NCBI RefSeq assembly: GCF_000281045.1
Contig: NW_008246144.1
Location: 225,307 to 245,306, forward strand
DNA: 20,000 bases
Source of the DNA: Saprolegnia diclina VS20
Lineage: Eukaryota
Direction of reading: 5' to 3'
Shown: piece by piece, positions 18,917-20,000 of the stretch
Layout of the letters: every line of letters starts with the position of its first letter
Numbering within the stretch: position 1 is the first letter of the stretch
Translations under genes and position numbers: made by a program
The notes under the pieces: model-generated
Seen by the model: only the letters and a program-made list of their open reading frames with translations
What the model was told of the DNA's origin: nothing
Databases searched by the model: none

Positions 18917-20000
18917 TCATATCGCAATGTCCTTGGACGCTGATTCGCTAACCGCACTCACGGCGACCTTGCTACTGCCCGCCGCAGAGCCTTGGCCGGT
19001 TGTGCTCGACTTGGTGCACACCTCGACCTTGATGATCGAGCGCCGGGTCTTGGCTGACGGCTTGCTCGACACTGCGCTGGCTGACTTTTGCGTCGACGGC
19101 TTGGACCGCTTGCCGGCGTTGACTAGACACATGTCACTTTACATGATCGATACCACGGATGACGTACATTTGGCGACGTGGGTGATGAAGAGCACCTTCT
19201 CTTCGTCCGAGAAGCTCTGGTGGTGCTTTCCGTAGGCGTGGTAGTAGGCTAACGCGAGGCCTACGACGATAACGTAGCTGCAGAGCGCGATGCCGTTGTC
19301 GTCCTGGAAGCCAATCACGGATGACGAGGCTCCAGACCGCCATCGAGAAGATCGCGCCAGGAACGCCAAACGGACTTTTGTAGCGGCGCTCGATGTGCTT
19401 GAAGTGGCGTTTGACGTATATGTAGCCATAGCACTGCGTCGAGTATGCGGTCATGGCTCTGAGGCAGCACACGTTGAAGATATAGTTCATGACGCTTGGG
19501 ATGTAGTATACGATGAGGCAGATGCAATAGGCAACGAGTGTGCCGGTGGTCAAGGCGACGGCGGGGGTTTTGTAGATAAAGTATTGACGGTGGAAGCCCG
19601 CAGGAATGAGCTTGGACTTGGAGATGGCCGTGAGGAGCTTAGTGAAGGCAAACATACAGCCAAACGCCGTCGAGATCGCCCCCGGAATCGACAACACGCA
19701 AGCCGTTTGCTCACTTATGGAGAACATGGCCATAAACCCTACGGAACTGTGAGGGCCACTTCAGTGGGAACGTTCTACCCGAGTCGGTGGTAGCTGCGAC
19801 ACCGCTGCAAAAGACACCCGAGAGCACACCCGTCACAAAGACGTCAGCATGCCGTAGCCTTGGCCTTTTGGAATCGTGGCGCGGGGGCTCTGTACGTCGT
19901 CCGCCGCGGTGCTTACGGCCTCGACGCCGAGGAAGAAGCCCGTGGCCGACGGCAGCGCTCGGAAAAATCCGTGTGCGCCACCAAGCACGAGCGTCGGGGG
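18917..20000 (-). pseudogene. APC-superfamily amino-acid permease (ethanolamine-permease-like), 3' part, frameshifted; 5' end lies outside the window
   Basis: FFLGVEAVSTAADDVQSPRATIPKG, ERRYKSPFGVPGA and QSFSDEEK motifs. The first frame stops at 19833-19835, with frameshifts at ~19840-19755 and ~19320. A 45-nt GTACGT..CTAG intron lies at 19167-19123, and the stop is at 18917. Confidence 0.8.

Noticed and set aside
12914..19235. ORFs containing X runs
   Set aside because: Artefacts of translating across N gaps.

Overview
Eukaryotic, GC-rich genomic DNA, most likely an oomycete of the Saprolegnia/Achlya type. This is inferred from oomycete INR-FPR core promoters, 38-53 nt GT-AG introns, strong GC3 bias and the gene families present. 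The left ~12 kb is gene-dense. It holds two tandem paralogous OFA/OxlT-like MFS transporters (+), an 8-exon CABLES-like cyclin-box gene (+) that the ORF track fragments, a convergent ammonium transporter (-) whose first gate Phe appears replaced by Ile, and a hypothetical Pro/Ser-rich gene (-). The right ~8 kb is gapped (four N runs). It carries two diverged ~2.1 kb copies plus fragments of an unidentified promoter-bearing repeat or dead gene, whose tandem arrangement is probably an assembly artefact, and it ends in a frameshifted APC amino-acid permease (-). I found no rRNA, tRNA, CRISPR array or recognisable transposase. I cannot support a claim of a complete novel system. The best leads are the Amt gate substitution, the non-animal CABLES homolog with inverted-repeat introns, and the repeat carrying a perfect promoter and hairpin subrepeats.
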